DNA of 32,000 bases from Bacteroides phage crAss001. A program made the position numbers and the translations under genes. The DNA is taken from sequence record NC_049977.1. The stretch is one strand, 5' to 3'. Below the pieces are notes generated by a model. That model worked only from the letters and a program-made list of their open reading frames with translations, was not told the DNA's origin and made no database searches. Positions 7,764-19,100 of this stretch are shown in pieces. Positions within the stretch are counted from its first letter, which is position 1, and the number at the start of each line of letters is the position of its first letter.

Positions 7764-10700
7764 ATGGCACTAAAGAAAGAACAACATTTTTTCAAAGGGA
7801 TGCAGAGAGACTTATCAGTCTCTAAGTTCAATCCAGAGTATGCCTTTGATGCTCAGAACATTAGAATAACTGCAAGGGAACATGATACTTTATTAAGTGT
7901 TTCCAATGAAAAGGGTAATAAGGAGATACCATTACAATCTCCTTCTGGAGACCCTGTAGTTATTGATGGGGTATTACTTGGACAGAATGTACTTAATAAT
8001 TATGTGACCCTCTTTACAAAAGGTACAAATGATAATATCTACAGACTTGAGAATAAGGGTACTTATTTTGAGACATTAATTCTATTCTCTGGTAATCTGA
8101 ACTTTAGTACAGACTATCCAATTGAGAGTATTAGTGTATATGAGAATAATAACATTCAGAAAGTTTATTGGGTAGATGGTTTAAATCAAGCCAGAGTTAT
8201 CAATATAACTAAGGATGATTATAATAATGCTGATGATTTTGACTTTGTAGGAACTATACACACTTCAAGTAAAATAGAAGTTTCTAAAGTTAATGGAAGT
8301 GGTGCTTTTGGTCAAGGAGTAATTCAATATGCTTTTACTTATTATAATAAGTATGGTAAAGAAACAAATATATTTAGAACTTCTCCTTTATTGTATATTG
8401 CTTATAGTGACAGAGGGGCTTCTCCAGAAGAGACTGTAAGTTGTTCATTCCAAATTAACTTTACAGAACTTGATAGTTCCTATGATTTCATAAGAGTATA
8501 TTCAATACATAGAACATCTATAGATGCTACTCCTACTGTTAGAAAAGTAGCTGATTTAGCTACTGATACTAAACTTTATGTAGATACTGGAACTACTGGG
8601 GAGATAGTAGACCCAACTTTGCTACTATATGTTGGAGGAGAGGAAATAGCTCCATATACTATGACTCAGAAGGATAATACATTATTCTTAGGTAATTATA
8701 CATTAAAAAGAAGTCTTATTTCCACTGAGTTAAAGAATCAAATTAAATCTGATTCTATTGTTACAACTATATTAGGGGGATTAGATGATGCTATAGAATC
8801 TGAATGGAATGTTAATACTCAGTATAATAGTAATTATGATTTAAATTATGATTCAAGAATAAAAGGATTCCAAAAGGGAGAAATTTATAGATTGGGTATT
8901 CAATTTCAGGATAATAAAGGTAAATGGAGTGAAGTAGTATTTATAGGAGACTATGAGTGCACTGAAAGATTCAAATATACCCAATATGATACTTATGGGA
9001 TTACACTTATTCCAAGATTTAAGGTTGTAATAAGTAATTCTACAACTATACAAGCTATTAAGAACTTAGGTTATATAAATGCAAGAGGTGTAGTAGTGTT
9101 TCCAACATTAGAAGATAGAAACATATTATGTCAAGGTATATTGTGTCCTACTGTAGCAAACTATAAAGATAGGTTAGATAACTCTCCATTTGTACAGTCC
9201 TCATGGTTTAGTAGACCCAAACAAGCTACTGAAACTTGGAAAACTGAGTATAGTGGAACCAATCACTTGTCTGAATTTGGAGAAGTTCCCTACTTTCAAC
9301 ATAATGAACCTATAGGTTCTGCTTCATTATCAGAAATTACCAGATGGGAGATACAAACTTCTTTAGGTCTTGTTCCTTATTATAATCCAAGTACTACTAA
9401 TGCCAAAGATTTTGTGGATGGTTCTCCTTCTGAGTTTTTAGTAGATGAGAATATAGTTACTATGCACTCTCCAGATGTTGAATTTGATGATAGGTTACAG
9501 AATATTACTAATGGGAAATTTAAACTAAGGATAATTGGTACAACTCATCTTACTAATACTTTATCTGATATAAGTGTTATTACTTCCACTCCTACTTATG
9601 GTAATTATGCAACTGGTTTTTATAAGGGGAAGGTGGCTAATATGAATATATCTACCTCTTATTATGGTGGTAGACAATTATCTGCTGGATTATTTTGGTC
9701 AGATAATGTTAAGTTCCAAGACCCTTCTCCACAAGATAAACTTGAAAGATTATGGATGGTATATCCTTGGCATAGAAATGGTTCTTTAATGAATATGGGT
9801 GTTCCTACTGAGGGAACAAGAGCTGCTGCATTACAAAGAAAGATTATAAGTAATCTTAAATTTGCTTCACAGAACAATTATCTACCTAATCAAAGTGTGT
9901 GGGAAGCTGAAATTTCTGGAGATGCAAATCACACGGGTATAACACCTGTTAATTCTTGGACAGAGGGGTTAGTTAGAATCCCTGCACAAGCTAATTCTAA
10001 TTTAGGTTCTTTAAATTATTATGCTAATATAGATAAAGTTCTTACATTTAATAGGAGTGAACAGATTTCTGAAATATACAAAAATGGATATCTGATATAC
10101 ACTACTAAGGATTGGATAACTGATGGAAAGATTGCTGACTTGTTCAATAATGCTATAAGTCAAACTATATCAGTTGACCAAGTACAAGATTGGTTAACCA
10201 GAATAGCTGATACAGATAAATATGGAACTGAGCCTGTTAGTATGAAATATAAATCTAATCCTCATTTAGTATTTGCTTTTAATTATACTGAAAGTGGTAA
10301 ACAATTAATACTTCCTATGAAGAATAATAATAATGGTTACCTTGCTCCATCAGCAAATAGTAAGCCATTTTGGAATCCCACAGCTCCAGAAGGTGCTGTT
10401 TATCAGGACAGTATTAATTTTACAAATGAGAATAGAGCCTTCTTTTGGTTAGCTGAATTATATAGAGATAGTGTAGTTAATAGATTTGGAGGAGATACTG
10501 AGGAGGCTATATTAAACAACACTTGGTTACCATCAGGAGATTCAGTTATAATAGGGGATTCTATAAATATTGAGTATACAGAAGGTGATACCTATTATCA
10601 AAGATATGATTGTCTTAGAACATTTGCTTATACTAATGAAGACCAAAATAGTATTGTAGATATAGTATCTTTTATGTGTGAATCTAAAGTTAATATTGAT

Positions 10701-11879
10701 GGAAGATATGATAAGAACAGGGGACAGGTTAATAATTTAGCTGTAAGTCCCACTAACTTTAATCTATTTAATCCAGTATATTCACAGAAGAATAATTTCT
10801 TTACATTTAGAACTATAGATTATGAAAGATTTAGTATAAACTATTTTCCTAATTCTATTACTGTTACTAAAGAAAAGTCATTAGGTGAAGATATAGATAC
10901 TTGGACTAATATCACTTTAGCTACAACTCTTGACTTAGATGGAGATAAGGGGGAGATAGTTTCTCTTAATACTTATAATAATGAGATATTCTGTTTTCAA
11001 AGGAGAGGTTTGAGTAATATATTATTCAACTCAAGAGTACAGATACCAACTTCTGATGGTATGCCAATTGAGATTACTAATGGATTGAAGGTAAGTGGTA
11101 AGAGGTATATAAGCAATACTATAGGCTGTGCTAATAAATGGTCTATTGCAGAATCTCCTTCTGGACTATACTTTATAGATAATGAAACTAATTCATTATA
11201 TCTGTTTAATGGAGAAATAGTTAGTCTATCTGATAAGTTAGGTTTCAGACAGTGGATTAGTACTCACAATGTTCATGTGAATTGGGAACCTGTTGGTTAT
11301 AATAACTATAGGTCATTCTATGACAAGAATAATAATGATGTGTACTTTACTTATAAAGACCATTGTCTGTGTTATTCAGAGTTGATTAACCAGTTTACTT
11401 CATTCATGAGCTATGAAGGAGTTCCTGCTATGTTCAATGTAAGTAGTGAGTTTTATGCCTTTAAAGATGGTAAGATGTGGGAACAGTTTGCTGGAGACTA
11501 TAATATGTTCTTTGGTGAATATAAACCATTCAGTATTACCTTTGTGGCTAATGCTGAGGAACCAAATGATAAGATATTCAATACAGTAGAGTTTAGAGCT
11601 GATAGTTGGGATAGTGATAACTTGATAAGCAACAAGACCTTTGATACTCTTGATGTATGGAATGAATATCAGCATGGTACTACCCCTCTTACTAATCTAC
11701 TTGGACATCCTTCCCCATTAAAGAAGAAATTCAGGATATGGAGAGCTAATATACCAAGAGCAATAGCAAATAACAGGGATAGGATAAGGAACACTTGGGC
11801 TTATATTAAGTTAGGAATGAACACTCCTAATACATATAGAACAGAGTTCCATGATGCTATTATTCACTATTTTGCATAA
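7764..11879 (+). CDS. Tail stabilisation / muzzle protein, P22 gp10-like
   Basis: 1371-aa ORF; N-terminus ALKKEQHFFKGMQRDLSVSKFNPEYAFDAQNIRITAREHDTLLSVSNEKGNKEI typical of the crAss-like stabilisation protein; beta-rich body; followed by a terminator. Confidence 0.75.
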   Translation: MALKKEQHFFKGMQRDLSVSKFNPEYAFDAQNIRITAREHDTLLSVSNEKGNKEIPLQSPSGDPVVIDGVLLGQNVLNNYVTLFTKGTNDNIYRLENKGTYFETLILFSGNLNFSTDYPIESISVYENNNIQKVYWVDGLNQARVINITKDDYNNADDFDFVGTIHTSSKIEVSKVNGSGAFGQGVIQYAFTYYNKYGKETNIFRTSPLLYIAYSDRGASPEETVSCSFQINFTELDSSYDFIRVYSIHRTSIDATPTVRKVADLATDTKLYVDTGTTGEIVDPTLLLYVGGEEIAPYTMTQKDNTLFLGNYTLKRSLISTELKNQIKSDSIVTTILGGLDDAIESEWNVNTQYNSNYDLNYDSRIKGFQKGEIYRLGIQFQDNKGKWSEVVFIGDYECTERFKYTQYDTYGITLIPRFKVVISNSTTIQAIKNLGYINARGVVVFPTLEDRNILCQGILCPTVANYKDRLDNSPFVQSSWFSRPKQATETWKTEYSGTNHLSEFGEVPYFQHNEPIGSASLSEITRWEIQTSLGLVPYYNPSTTNAKDFVDGSPSEFLVDENIVTMHSPDVEFDDRLQNITNGKFKLRIIGTTHLTNTLSDISVITSTPTYGNYATGFYKGKVANMNISTSYYGGRQLSAGLFWSDNVKFQDPSPQDKLERLWMVYPWHRNGSLMNMGVPTEGTRAAALQRKIISNLKFASQNNYLPNQSVWEAEISGDANHTGITPVNSWTEGLVRIPAQANSNLGSLNYYANIDKVLTFNRSEQISEIYKNGYLIYTTKDWITDGKIADLFNNAISQTISVDQVQDWLTRIADTDKYGTEPVSMKYKSNPHLVFAFNYTESGKQLILPMKNNNNGYLAPSANSKPFWNPTAPEGAVYQDSINFTNENRAFFWLAELYRDSVVNRFGGDTEEAILNNTWLPSGDSVIIGDSINIEYTEGDTYYQRYDCLRTFAYTNEDQNSIVDIVSFMCESKVNIDGRYDKNRGQVNNLAVSPTNFNLFNPVYSQKNNFFTFRTIDYERFSINYFPNSITVTKEKSLGEDIDTWTNITLATTLDLDGDKGEIVSLNTYNNEIFCFQRRGLSNILFNSRVQIPTSDGMPIEITNGLKVSGKRYISNTIGCANKWSIAESPSGLYFIDNETNSLYLFNGEIVSLSDKLGFRQWISTHNVHVNWEPVGYNNYRSFYDKNNNDVYFTYKDHCLCYSELINQFTSFMSYEGVPAMFNVSSEFYAFKDGKMWEQFAGDYNMFFGEYKPFSITFVANAEEPNDKIFNTVEFRADSWDSDNLISNKTFDTLDVWNEYQHGTTPLTNLLGHPSPLKKKFRIWRANIPRAIANNRDRIRNTWAYIKLGMNTPNTYRTEFHDAIIHYFA

Positions 11880-11886
11880 TTAATAG

Positions 11887-11926
11887 GAGTCCATAAACAT
11901 TTTAGTTTGTGGACTCTTTCTTTTTT
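11887..11926 (+). terminator. Rho-independent terminator
   Basis: GAGTCCATAAAC / loop ATTTTA / GTTTGTGGACTC: 12-bp stem with one wobble, followed by TTTCTTTTTT. Confidence 0.85.
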
Positions 11927-11936
11927 AATTAAAGGC

Positions 11937-11967
11937 TTTGTTTATTCAATAACTTTATATACATTTG
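11937..11967 (+). promoter_or_regulatory. Bacteroides-type promoter (TTTG - 19 nt - TACATTTG)
   Basis: TTTG at 11937-11940 and TACATTTG (TAnnTTTG) at 11960-11967, 19 nt apart, about 20 nt upstream of ATG 11987. Confidence 0.75.
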
Positions 11968-11986
11968 CAACAAAATTAATTATACT

Positions 11987-14515
11987 ATGGCTAAGAAAAA
12001 AATTAAGAGAAGAGGCAAGATGCCTCCTAATATATTTGATACTGGAGGTCAAAGCTGGGGACAGCAGTCCTCAGGACAATTCTCAAATGCCTTTAAAGGG
12101 GAGAATCTTGGCAATTCAATAGGAAGTATTGGAGGTGCTGTTGGTGGTATAGCACAAGCTGGTATATCTAATGCACAAATAGCAGACACCAGTGGAATTG
12201 AAGCTCAGAATAAAGCTCAAAAGAATATGGTAGTAGGTGCTTCATCTAATGATGATTTGATGAGTGAATGGGGTTCATGGAATAAAGTGAAAGATGACTA
12301 TTCATGGAAAGATGTCAGAGGTGGAAGTACTGGTCAAAGAGTTACTAATACTATTGGAGCTGCTGGTCAGGGGGCTGCTGCTGGAGCATCTGTAGGTGGT
12401 CCTATTGGAGCTATTGTAGGTGGTGTAGTAGGTCTTGGTAGTGCTATTGGTGGATGGCTTGGTGGTAATAGAAAAGCCAAGAGAAAAGCCAAAAAATTAA
12501 ATAAAGAGGCTAAAGAAGCTAATGAGAGAGCACTAACTTCCTTTGAAACAAGAGCTGATAACATAGATACACAAAATGACTTTAATATGTTAGCAAACTT
12601 CTCTGCTTATGGTGGTCCACTTGAATTTGGTAGTGGTGCAATAGGCTATGAGTTTGATAATAGGTACTTAAATAATCAAGAGATGAGTGCAGTTGCTAAA
12701 CAAAGATTGACCTCTCTTCCTAACTCATTCCAAGCATTACCAGAGATGAATACATATAATGCTTTTGCAGAAGGTGGTGGCTTATCCAGAGAGAAAAACT
12801 ATGGTTCTAAGAAAAAGCCTTATCCATCTGTTCCTTCTGGAGACTTTGCAGGACCTCACAGAAGTTACCCAATACCAACTAAAGCTGATGCAAGAGATGC
12901 ACTCAGATTAGCTGGATTACATGGTAATGAGAGTGTAAGAAGGAAGGTTCTTGCTAAATATCCTTCACTAAAGGCTTTTGGTGGAAGTCTGTTTGACAGT
13001 GTAGTAGGTAATAACTTTAATCAATCCTTTACACAGGGAATACAAGGAATGTTCCAACAAGAACCTGAACAAACTGTTCAAGCAGCTAATATAGCTAAGG
13101 ATGGTGGAGATATTAAGATTAAGGAGAAAAATAAGGGTAAGTTTACTGCATATTGTGGTGGTAAAGTAACAGAAGCATGTATTAGGAAAGGAAAGAATAG
13201 TTCTAATCCTACTACAAGAAAGAGAGCTACTTTTGCACAGAATGCAAGGAATTGGAATGCTTTTGGAGGATGGTTGAATACACAAGGTGGAGACTTTACT
13301 AATGGAGTTACATTTATTAATGAAGGGGGTTCTCATGAAGAAAATCCTTATCAAGGAATTCAAATAGGAGTTGACCCAGAAGGTGCTCCTAACTTAGTTG
13401 AGCAAGGTGAAGTAGTTTATGATGATTATGTATTCTCTGATAGAATGGAGATACCTGATGATATAAGAAAGGAATACAAGTTAAGAGGTAAAACCTTTGC
13501 TAAGGCTGCTAAATCTGCACAAAGGGAAAGTGAAGAAAGACCTAATGACCCTCTAAGTACTAAGGGATTACAAGCTGCTATGGAAAGAATAGCTACTGCA
13601 CAAGAGGAAGCAAGGCAAAGAAAGGAAGCCCATAGGGAAGGAAATGAATATCCAAGTATGTTTGCTTATGGAGGTGATACAAATCCTTATGGCTTAGCTT
13701 TGGAAGACCCAATGAGTGTTGAAGAGCTTGAAGCTCTTATGGTTCAATCAGGAGAAACTGGTGAAATAGCTCCAGAAGGTAATAATGGTAATAGACAGAC
13801 ATGGACAAGATATGCACCAATTATAGGCTCTGGTTTAGCAAGTCTATCAGATTTATTCAGTAAACCAGACTATGATAGTGCTGATTTAATCAGTGGAGTA
13901 GATTTAGGTGCTGAGGCAGTAGGATATGCTCCTATTGGAAACTATCTATCTTATAGACCTTTAGATAGGGACTTCTATATCAACAAGATGAATCAACAGG
14001 CTGCTGCTACAAGAAGGGGTTTAATGAATACCTCAGGTGGTAACAGGCTTAATGCTCAGGCTGGAATACTTGCTGCTGATTATAACTATGGTCAAAACAT
14101 GGGTAATTTAGCAAGGCAAGCAGAAGAATATAACCAACAGTTGAGAGAAAGAGTTGAGGCATTCAATAGAGGTACTAACATGTTTAATACTGAGACTGGA
14201 CTTAAGGCTTCAATGTTTAATGCAGAATCAAGAAATGCAGCTAAGAGAGCAAGATTAGGACAGGCTACAACTGTAGCTCAATTAAGGCAGGGTATTAAAG
14301 ACCAAGATGCTGCAAGAAGAAGTGCTAATATAACTAACTTCTTACAAGGTTTAGGTGATATGGGATGGGAAAATGAGCAAGCTAATTGGCTTGATACATT
14401 AGCTAAATCAGGTGTTCTTAAGATGAATACCAAAGGAGAATACACTGGAGGAACTAAGAAAGCTAAAGGTGGTAAAGTAAGAACTAAAAAGAAGAAAGGA
14501 TTGACTTATGGCTAA
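11987..14515 (+). CDS. Large putative virion internal/cargo (ejection) protein
   Basis: 842-aa ORF with a Gly/Ala hydrophobic stretch GAAGQGAAAGASVGGPIGAIVGGVVGLGSAIGGWLGG, Ala/Gln-rich coiled regions and Gly-rich low complexity. Position right after the stabilisation protein. Confidence 0.6.
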   Translation: MAKKKIKRRGKMPPNIFDTGGQSWGQQSSGQFSNAFKGENLGNSIGSIGGAVGGIAQAGISNAQIADTSGIEAQNKAQKNMVVGASSNDDLMSEWGSWNKVKDDYSWKDVRGGSTGQRVTNTIGAAGQGAAAGASVGGPIGAIVGGVVGLGSAIGGWLGGNRKAKRKAKKLNKEAKEANERALTSFETRADNIDTQNDFNMLANFSAYGGPLEFGSGAIGYEFDNRYLNNQEMSAVAKQRLTSLPNSFQALPEMNTYNAFAEGGGLSREKNYGSKKKPYPSVPSGDFAGPHRSYPIPTKADARDALRLAGLHGNESVRRKVLAKYPSLKAFGGSLFDSVVGNNFNQSFTQGIQGMFQQEPEQTVQAANIAKDGGDIKIKEKNKGKFTAYCGGKVTEACIRKGKNSSNPTTRKRATFAQNARNWNAFGGWLNTQGGDFTNGVTFINEGGSHEENPYQGIQIGVDPEGAPNLVEQGEVVYDDYVFSDRMEIPDDIRKEYKLRGKTFAKAAKSAQRESEERPNDPLSTKGLQAAMERIATAQEEARQRKEAHREGNEYPSMFAYGGDTNPYGLALEDPMSVEELEALMVQSGETGEIAPEGNNGNRQTWTRYAPIIGSGLASLSDLFSKPDYDSADLISGVDLGAEAVGYAPIGNYLSYRPLDRDFYINKMNQQAAATRRGLMNTSGGNRLNAQAGILAADYNYGQNMGNLARQAEEYNQQLRERVEAFNRGTNMFNTETGLKASMFNAESRNAAKRARLGQATTVAQLRQGIKDQDAARRSANITNFLQGLGDMGWENEQANWLDTLAKSGVLKMNTKGEYTGGTKKAKGGKVRTKKKKGLTYG

Positions 14516-16112
14516 TTTCAGTTTTGTAAGTGGTGCTAAGTTCAGACCATTCTCTTATCAGGAAATGCTTCAACCACTTCAAGCATACACTCAAGAATAT
14601 AATACTATTCAAGAGGGTATGGGTGAATTAGGAACTAAAGCAGATGTCTTTGAGAGAATGGCTAATGAACAGACAGACCCACAGGCTTATGCAATGTACA
14701 AACAATATTCTAATGACTTGGCTGCACAAGCTGAGTCATTAGCTAAACAAGGACTTACTCCTGCAAGTAGACAGGGATTGATTGATATGAAAAGAAGATA
14801 CTCTTCTGAGATTGTTCCTATAGAACAGGCTTATAAGAGAAGACAAGAGTTAGTAGATGAACAAAGGAAATTACAGGCTCAGGATAGTACACTGTTATTT
14901 GATAGACCTGCTTCTACACTTTCCTTAGATGAACTAATATCTAACCCAGCTCTATCACCACAATCCTATTCTGGAGCACTATTATCCAAACAAGTGGGTA
15001 CTGCTGCACAGAATTTAGCTAAGGAAGTAAGAGAGAACCCAAGAAAGTGGAGAACAATCTTAGGTAATCAATACTATGAAACCATCATGCAGAAGGGATT
15101 CAGACCTGAGGAAATTATGCAGGCTGTACAGAATAATCCTGAGGCTTCTCCTATACTTCAAGGTATTGTGGAAGATGCAGTAGGAAGTTCTGGTATTAGG
15201 AACTGGAATGATGAGAATATCCTTAATAGAGCCTATGATTATGCAAGACAAGGTTTGTGGAATGCAGTGGGTGAAACTCAATATCAAACTCTTTCTAATA
15301 AGGCTTATGATTATGCAATGCAGGAAAGGTTAGCTGCTGCTAAGAAAGGTAAGACAGAAGGAACCCCCTCTGCTGTATTTAGGTCAGTACCTAAGACTAA
15401 AGTAGATGGAGACAAGAAGACTACTGAACTTAATGATGAACTACAGTTCATACAACAGTTAAGAGCTAATCCTTCTATGATTAATGAAGAAGTTGAGAGA
15501 GTTAATCCGGGTTATCCAACTCAATATGGTGTGAATGTTGGTGGTGGAATATATAAGGTTAAACCTCATGCAGAAAGACTTCAACAGATAATCAAGAAGT
15601 ATGATATGAAGGATGGTAATATGGACCAACTTGAACAGAAGTTACAAGCTGATATTAGAAGCAGTGCTGTAAGAGACTTTATATATAAACCTAATATAAC
15701 TCAGAGTGACTTAATTTCTCAAGTTATAAAGGAGAATGCAAGAACCTTAGGTGCAGCTACAGAATCAACTGGTCTTTATGAACTTGATGATAATAGGAAG
15801 GGAGACCCTATTAAGTTAAAGAATATCTCAGATTACTTCACTGGTGACAATGATATAAGTTATGACCCAGAGGTTGGACTTATAATCAATGCCACTAAGG
15901 ATGGTAAAACTAAATCAGCAGTTATTGACCCTGAGCTAATAGATGATGCAGATAGAAGTGTGGCAGGATATATGAATAATATTAATGTACTTCTTGAGAA
16001 TGGCTATGATGTAGAAGCTCAAAGATACATCAATACAATGATGAATTATATCTATGGTAAGTTCAATACACTTGCTAAGAGACAAAGTAATACAGATTCT
16101 AAATTAGAGTAG
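14508..16112 (+). CDS. Putative virion internal/cargo protein
   Basis: 534-aa ORF, helical and Gln/Ala-rich. Start overlaps the previous stop; ends at TAG 16110-16112, in frame with the next ORF. Confidence 0.6.
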   Translation: MANFSFVSGAKFRPFSYQEMLQPLQAYTQEYNTIQEGMGELGTKADVFERMANEQTDPQAYAMYKQYSNDLAAQAESLAKQGLTPASRQGLIDMKRRYSSEIVPIEQAYKRRQELVDEQRKLQAQDSTLLFDRPASTLSLDELISNPALSPQSYSGALLSKQVGTAAQNLAKEVRENPRKWRTILGNQYYETIMQKGFRPEEIMQAVQNNPEASPILQGIVEDAVGSSGIRNWNDENILNRAYDYARQGLWNAVGETQYQTLSNKAYDYAMQERLAAAKKGKTEGTPSAVFRSVPKTKVDGDKKTTELNDELQFIQQLRANPSMINEEVERVNPGYPTQYGVNVGGGIYKVKPHAERLQQIIKKYDMKDGNMDQLEQKLQADIRSSAVRDFIYKPNITQSDLISQVIKENARTLGAATESTGLYELDDNRKGDPIKLKNISDYFTGDNDISYDPEVGLIINATKDGKTKSAVIDPELIDDADRSVAGYMNNINVLLENGYDVEAQRYINTMMNYIYGKFNTLAKRQSNTDSKLE

Positions 16113-16118
16113 AAGAAT

Positions 16119-19100
16119 ATGGCAAATAATCAACAAATCCAAGACCCATCTACACAAGGAGTAGGTGGGTTAAGGGGACTTAAAAGTATAGATGCACTAA
16201 AGCAAGAAGGACTTCTTAGAGATGTTCCTCATATTGATAATATAGAGGATTATAAGCAAGTCTCTAACAGTGCCTTACAAAGAGCTGTACCTCAAGAGGT
16301 AGGCTTTGTTGGAGTAAATGATAGTATGTATGATGAAGACATTACATCTATGACCCAACTTGATAACTTAGCCAATACAAGGGGGGAGATGCAACCTTGG
16401 TATGCTCAGATAGGTGCTGGGTTAGCTAAGGGAGCTGTTCTTGCAGGTACTACCTTTGCTGATGGTATCCTTGGTACTATAGTAGGTTTAGGTAATGCAG
16501 CAGCTACAGGAACATTCTCAGGCTTCTGGGATAATCCTTTCTCAAATGCAATGCAGCAAGTAAATGAATGGTCAGAGTCAGTTCTACCTAATTACTATAC
16601 TGATGCAGAGCAGAATGACCCTTGGTATGAGAATATATTCTCAGCTAACTTTATTGGGGATAAGTTCCTTAAGAACTTAGGTTTTGCTGTTGGTGCTGCC
16701 TACTCTGGTAAGATTAGTGCTGGTGCAACCTCAAAGTTACTTGGTCTTAATAAAGCAAGACAAGCATTCAAAGGTGCAGTTACAGCCTCAGGTGAAGCTC
16801 TTAATCCTAATGCAGCTTTACAGGCTTATAGGGAAGGAGATTTATTCCTTGATGGTGTAAGGCTTACTGAGGAATTAGCAAGGGATGCCAAGAAACTTAA
16901 GATGGCTGAGCCTACTCTTAAACTTACTGGTGCTTTCTCAGGTGCATTAGGTGAAGCAAGAATTGAAGCTATTCAGAATAGTAAAGACTGGTTTGAGCTT
17001 CATAAACAACAACTTGATGATGCACAAGCTAAAGTAGCAGCACAAGAGCAAGAAGCTATGCTTAGAGAGTTCCCTCAATTTGCACAGTATCAGATTTCTC
17101 CTGATGGAAAGTCTTTTGAGCAAGTTCTCACTCCAGAAGGACAAGCTATGTTACAGGCAAGAGTAGATGCTAAGTTTGATTACAATAGTGGGCTACAGAA
17201 ACTATCAGAAGATAGGGCTAAGATGGGTAATATAGACTTTGCTCTGAATATTCCACTACTTACTGTATCAGATGCTTGGCAGTTTGGTAAGTTCTATGCA
17301 GGTGGATATAATACAGCTAAGAAAGGTAGTCAGATACTAAGGACAGTTGCAGAAGATGGTACTGTAAGTTATAGTGCAGCTAAACCTTCTGTACTTAGAA
17401 ATGCTTTAAAGATTGCAAGTAAAGGTGTTGCAGAAGGTCCTTATGAAGAAATGGGACAGGCTGTTGCAGGTAAAGTTGCAGGATATAAATATGCTTCTGA
17501 ACTTAATGACTTCTATGGAGCCAAGATAGACCCAGATGCAGAGAGTGAGACTATTGATTGGTTACAAGCTACTGCAAAAGCTATTCAGCAAACCTATGGT
17601 ACTGTTGAAGGGTGGGAAGAAGGTTTCATTGGTGGTTTAACTGGTTTAGTTGGTATTCCGGGCTTTAGAAGTACAAGAAATAGTGAAGGTGGCTTCCAAT
17701 CCCCAGTATATCTTCAAGGAGGTATTAAGGAGGATATACAAGAGATAAGAGAAAGAAGTGAAAAGGATGATGCCATTGTAGCCCAACTTAATAATAGAGT
17801 ACAATCACCTGAGTTCCTTAATTACTATCAATCAGCTATCAGACATAATGCTTACCAAAAACAAATGGATGAAGCTGCTGATAACAATGATAACTTTGAG
17901 TTTAAGAATGCTGAACATAACCAGCTTATTAGTGATGTTATCATGTTTGATAAGGCAGGAAGAATCAATGACCTATATGATATAATTGAGGAAGCTGGTA
18001 ATATAAAAGAAGAAGATGTTGAACAAATAAGACAACTTACTACTAATCAGGAAACTGGTACATCAGTATATGATAATATGACTGATGCAGAAGTAATTGA
18101 ACAGATTCAAAAGCAAACTCAGGAAACTAAGGAAGCTGTAGATAACTATAGAAAGATTAGTCAGGACTTACAAGTTAAGATTGGAGATTACTTTGATGAG
18201 GATGGTCTTGAAGAAATGACTTATTACTTCTCAAATATTGATAATCTTGAAAATAGGTTTAAATCAGTACATGAAGATATAAAGGATAGACTTCAAGGAG
18301 TATTAGATGCCTCTATGGATAGGGAGTTTATTAGTGACAGTGATGAAAATAAGATTAATAGGTTATCAGACTTCTTAAACTTTTCTCCTGTAAGACTAAT
18401 TAATGAACTTGCTGATTCAAAGGAAGCTCAATCTTATATCTCTTTATTAGATAAGGCATTACAGACTGACCCTAATAAACAGGATATAATTGATGAGGTT
18501 AATGACCTTCATAAGATAGCTGAAAGAAGACTTGATTTCATTGACAAGTATGATACTTATCTTAGAAATCCTCAAGCTCTTGCACAAAAACAAGAGAGAC
18601 AAAGAGAGAATATTATAAGAGAAAATGAAAGACAAGAGATAGCTAAGACTAAGGATGCAGCATTAGCTGCTACTAACCTTAATGAGTTCAGAGAAGCATT
18701 GAATAATGAGCCTGATTCATCTAAAAGACAACAGATTCTCGATGAACTTGAGAATGAAGGTAATAAGATGGCTAAGGACTATAAGGAAGTTCAAATGTAT
18801 AATAGTGAAGTAAGCAGGGCAATAGATAGACAACCTATCTCTCCTGAGGCTAAAGCTAATGCACAAGAACTACTTAGGACTCAACATGAAAATGCTAATA
18901 ATCTTGAGGAAATGGCTAATCCTAACTCAGTATTCATTAATAATCCAGAGAGTCTGTATGATGAAAATCTACCAGATGATTTGAATATGATGAATTTTGC
19001 TGAGGCTCAATATGGTCTTCTATCTGCAATGAGTGAGGTTAATAATGACCAAAGATTCAAAGCAAGGTTCCCTTCTGAATATCTAAAGCCAGTTGAGAGA

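Noticed and set aside
11907-12122. 71-aa + strand ORF spanning the terminator, promoter and start of ORF 11987
   Set aside because: It begins at a TTG within the terminator stem and runs through the promoter and out of frame over the 842-aa ORF. No sign of a real product.
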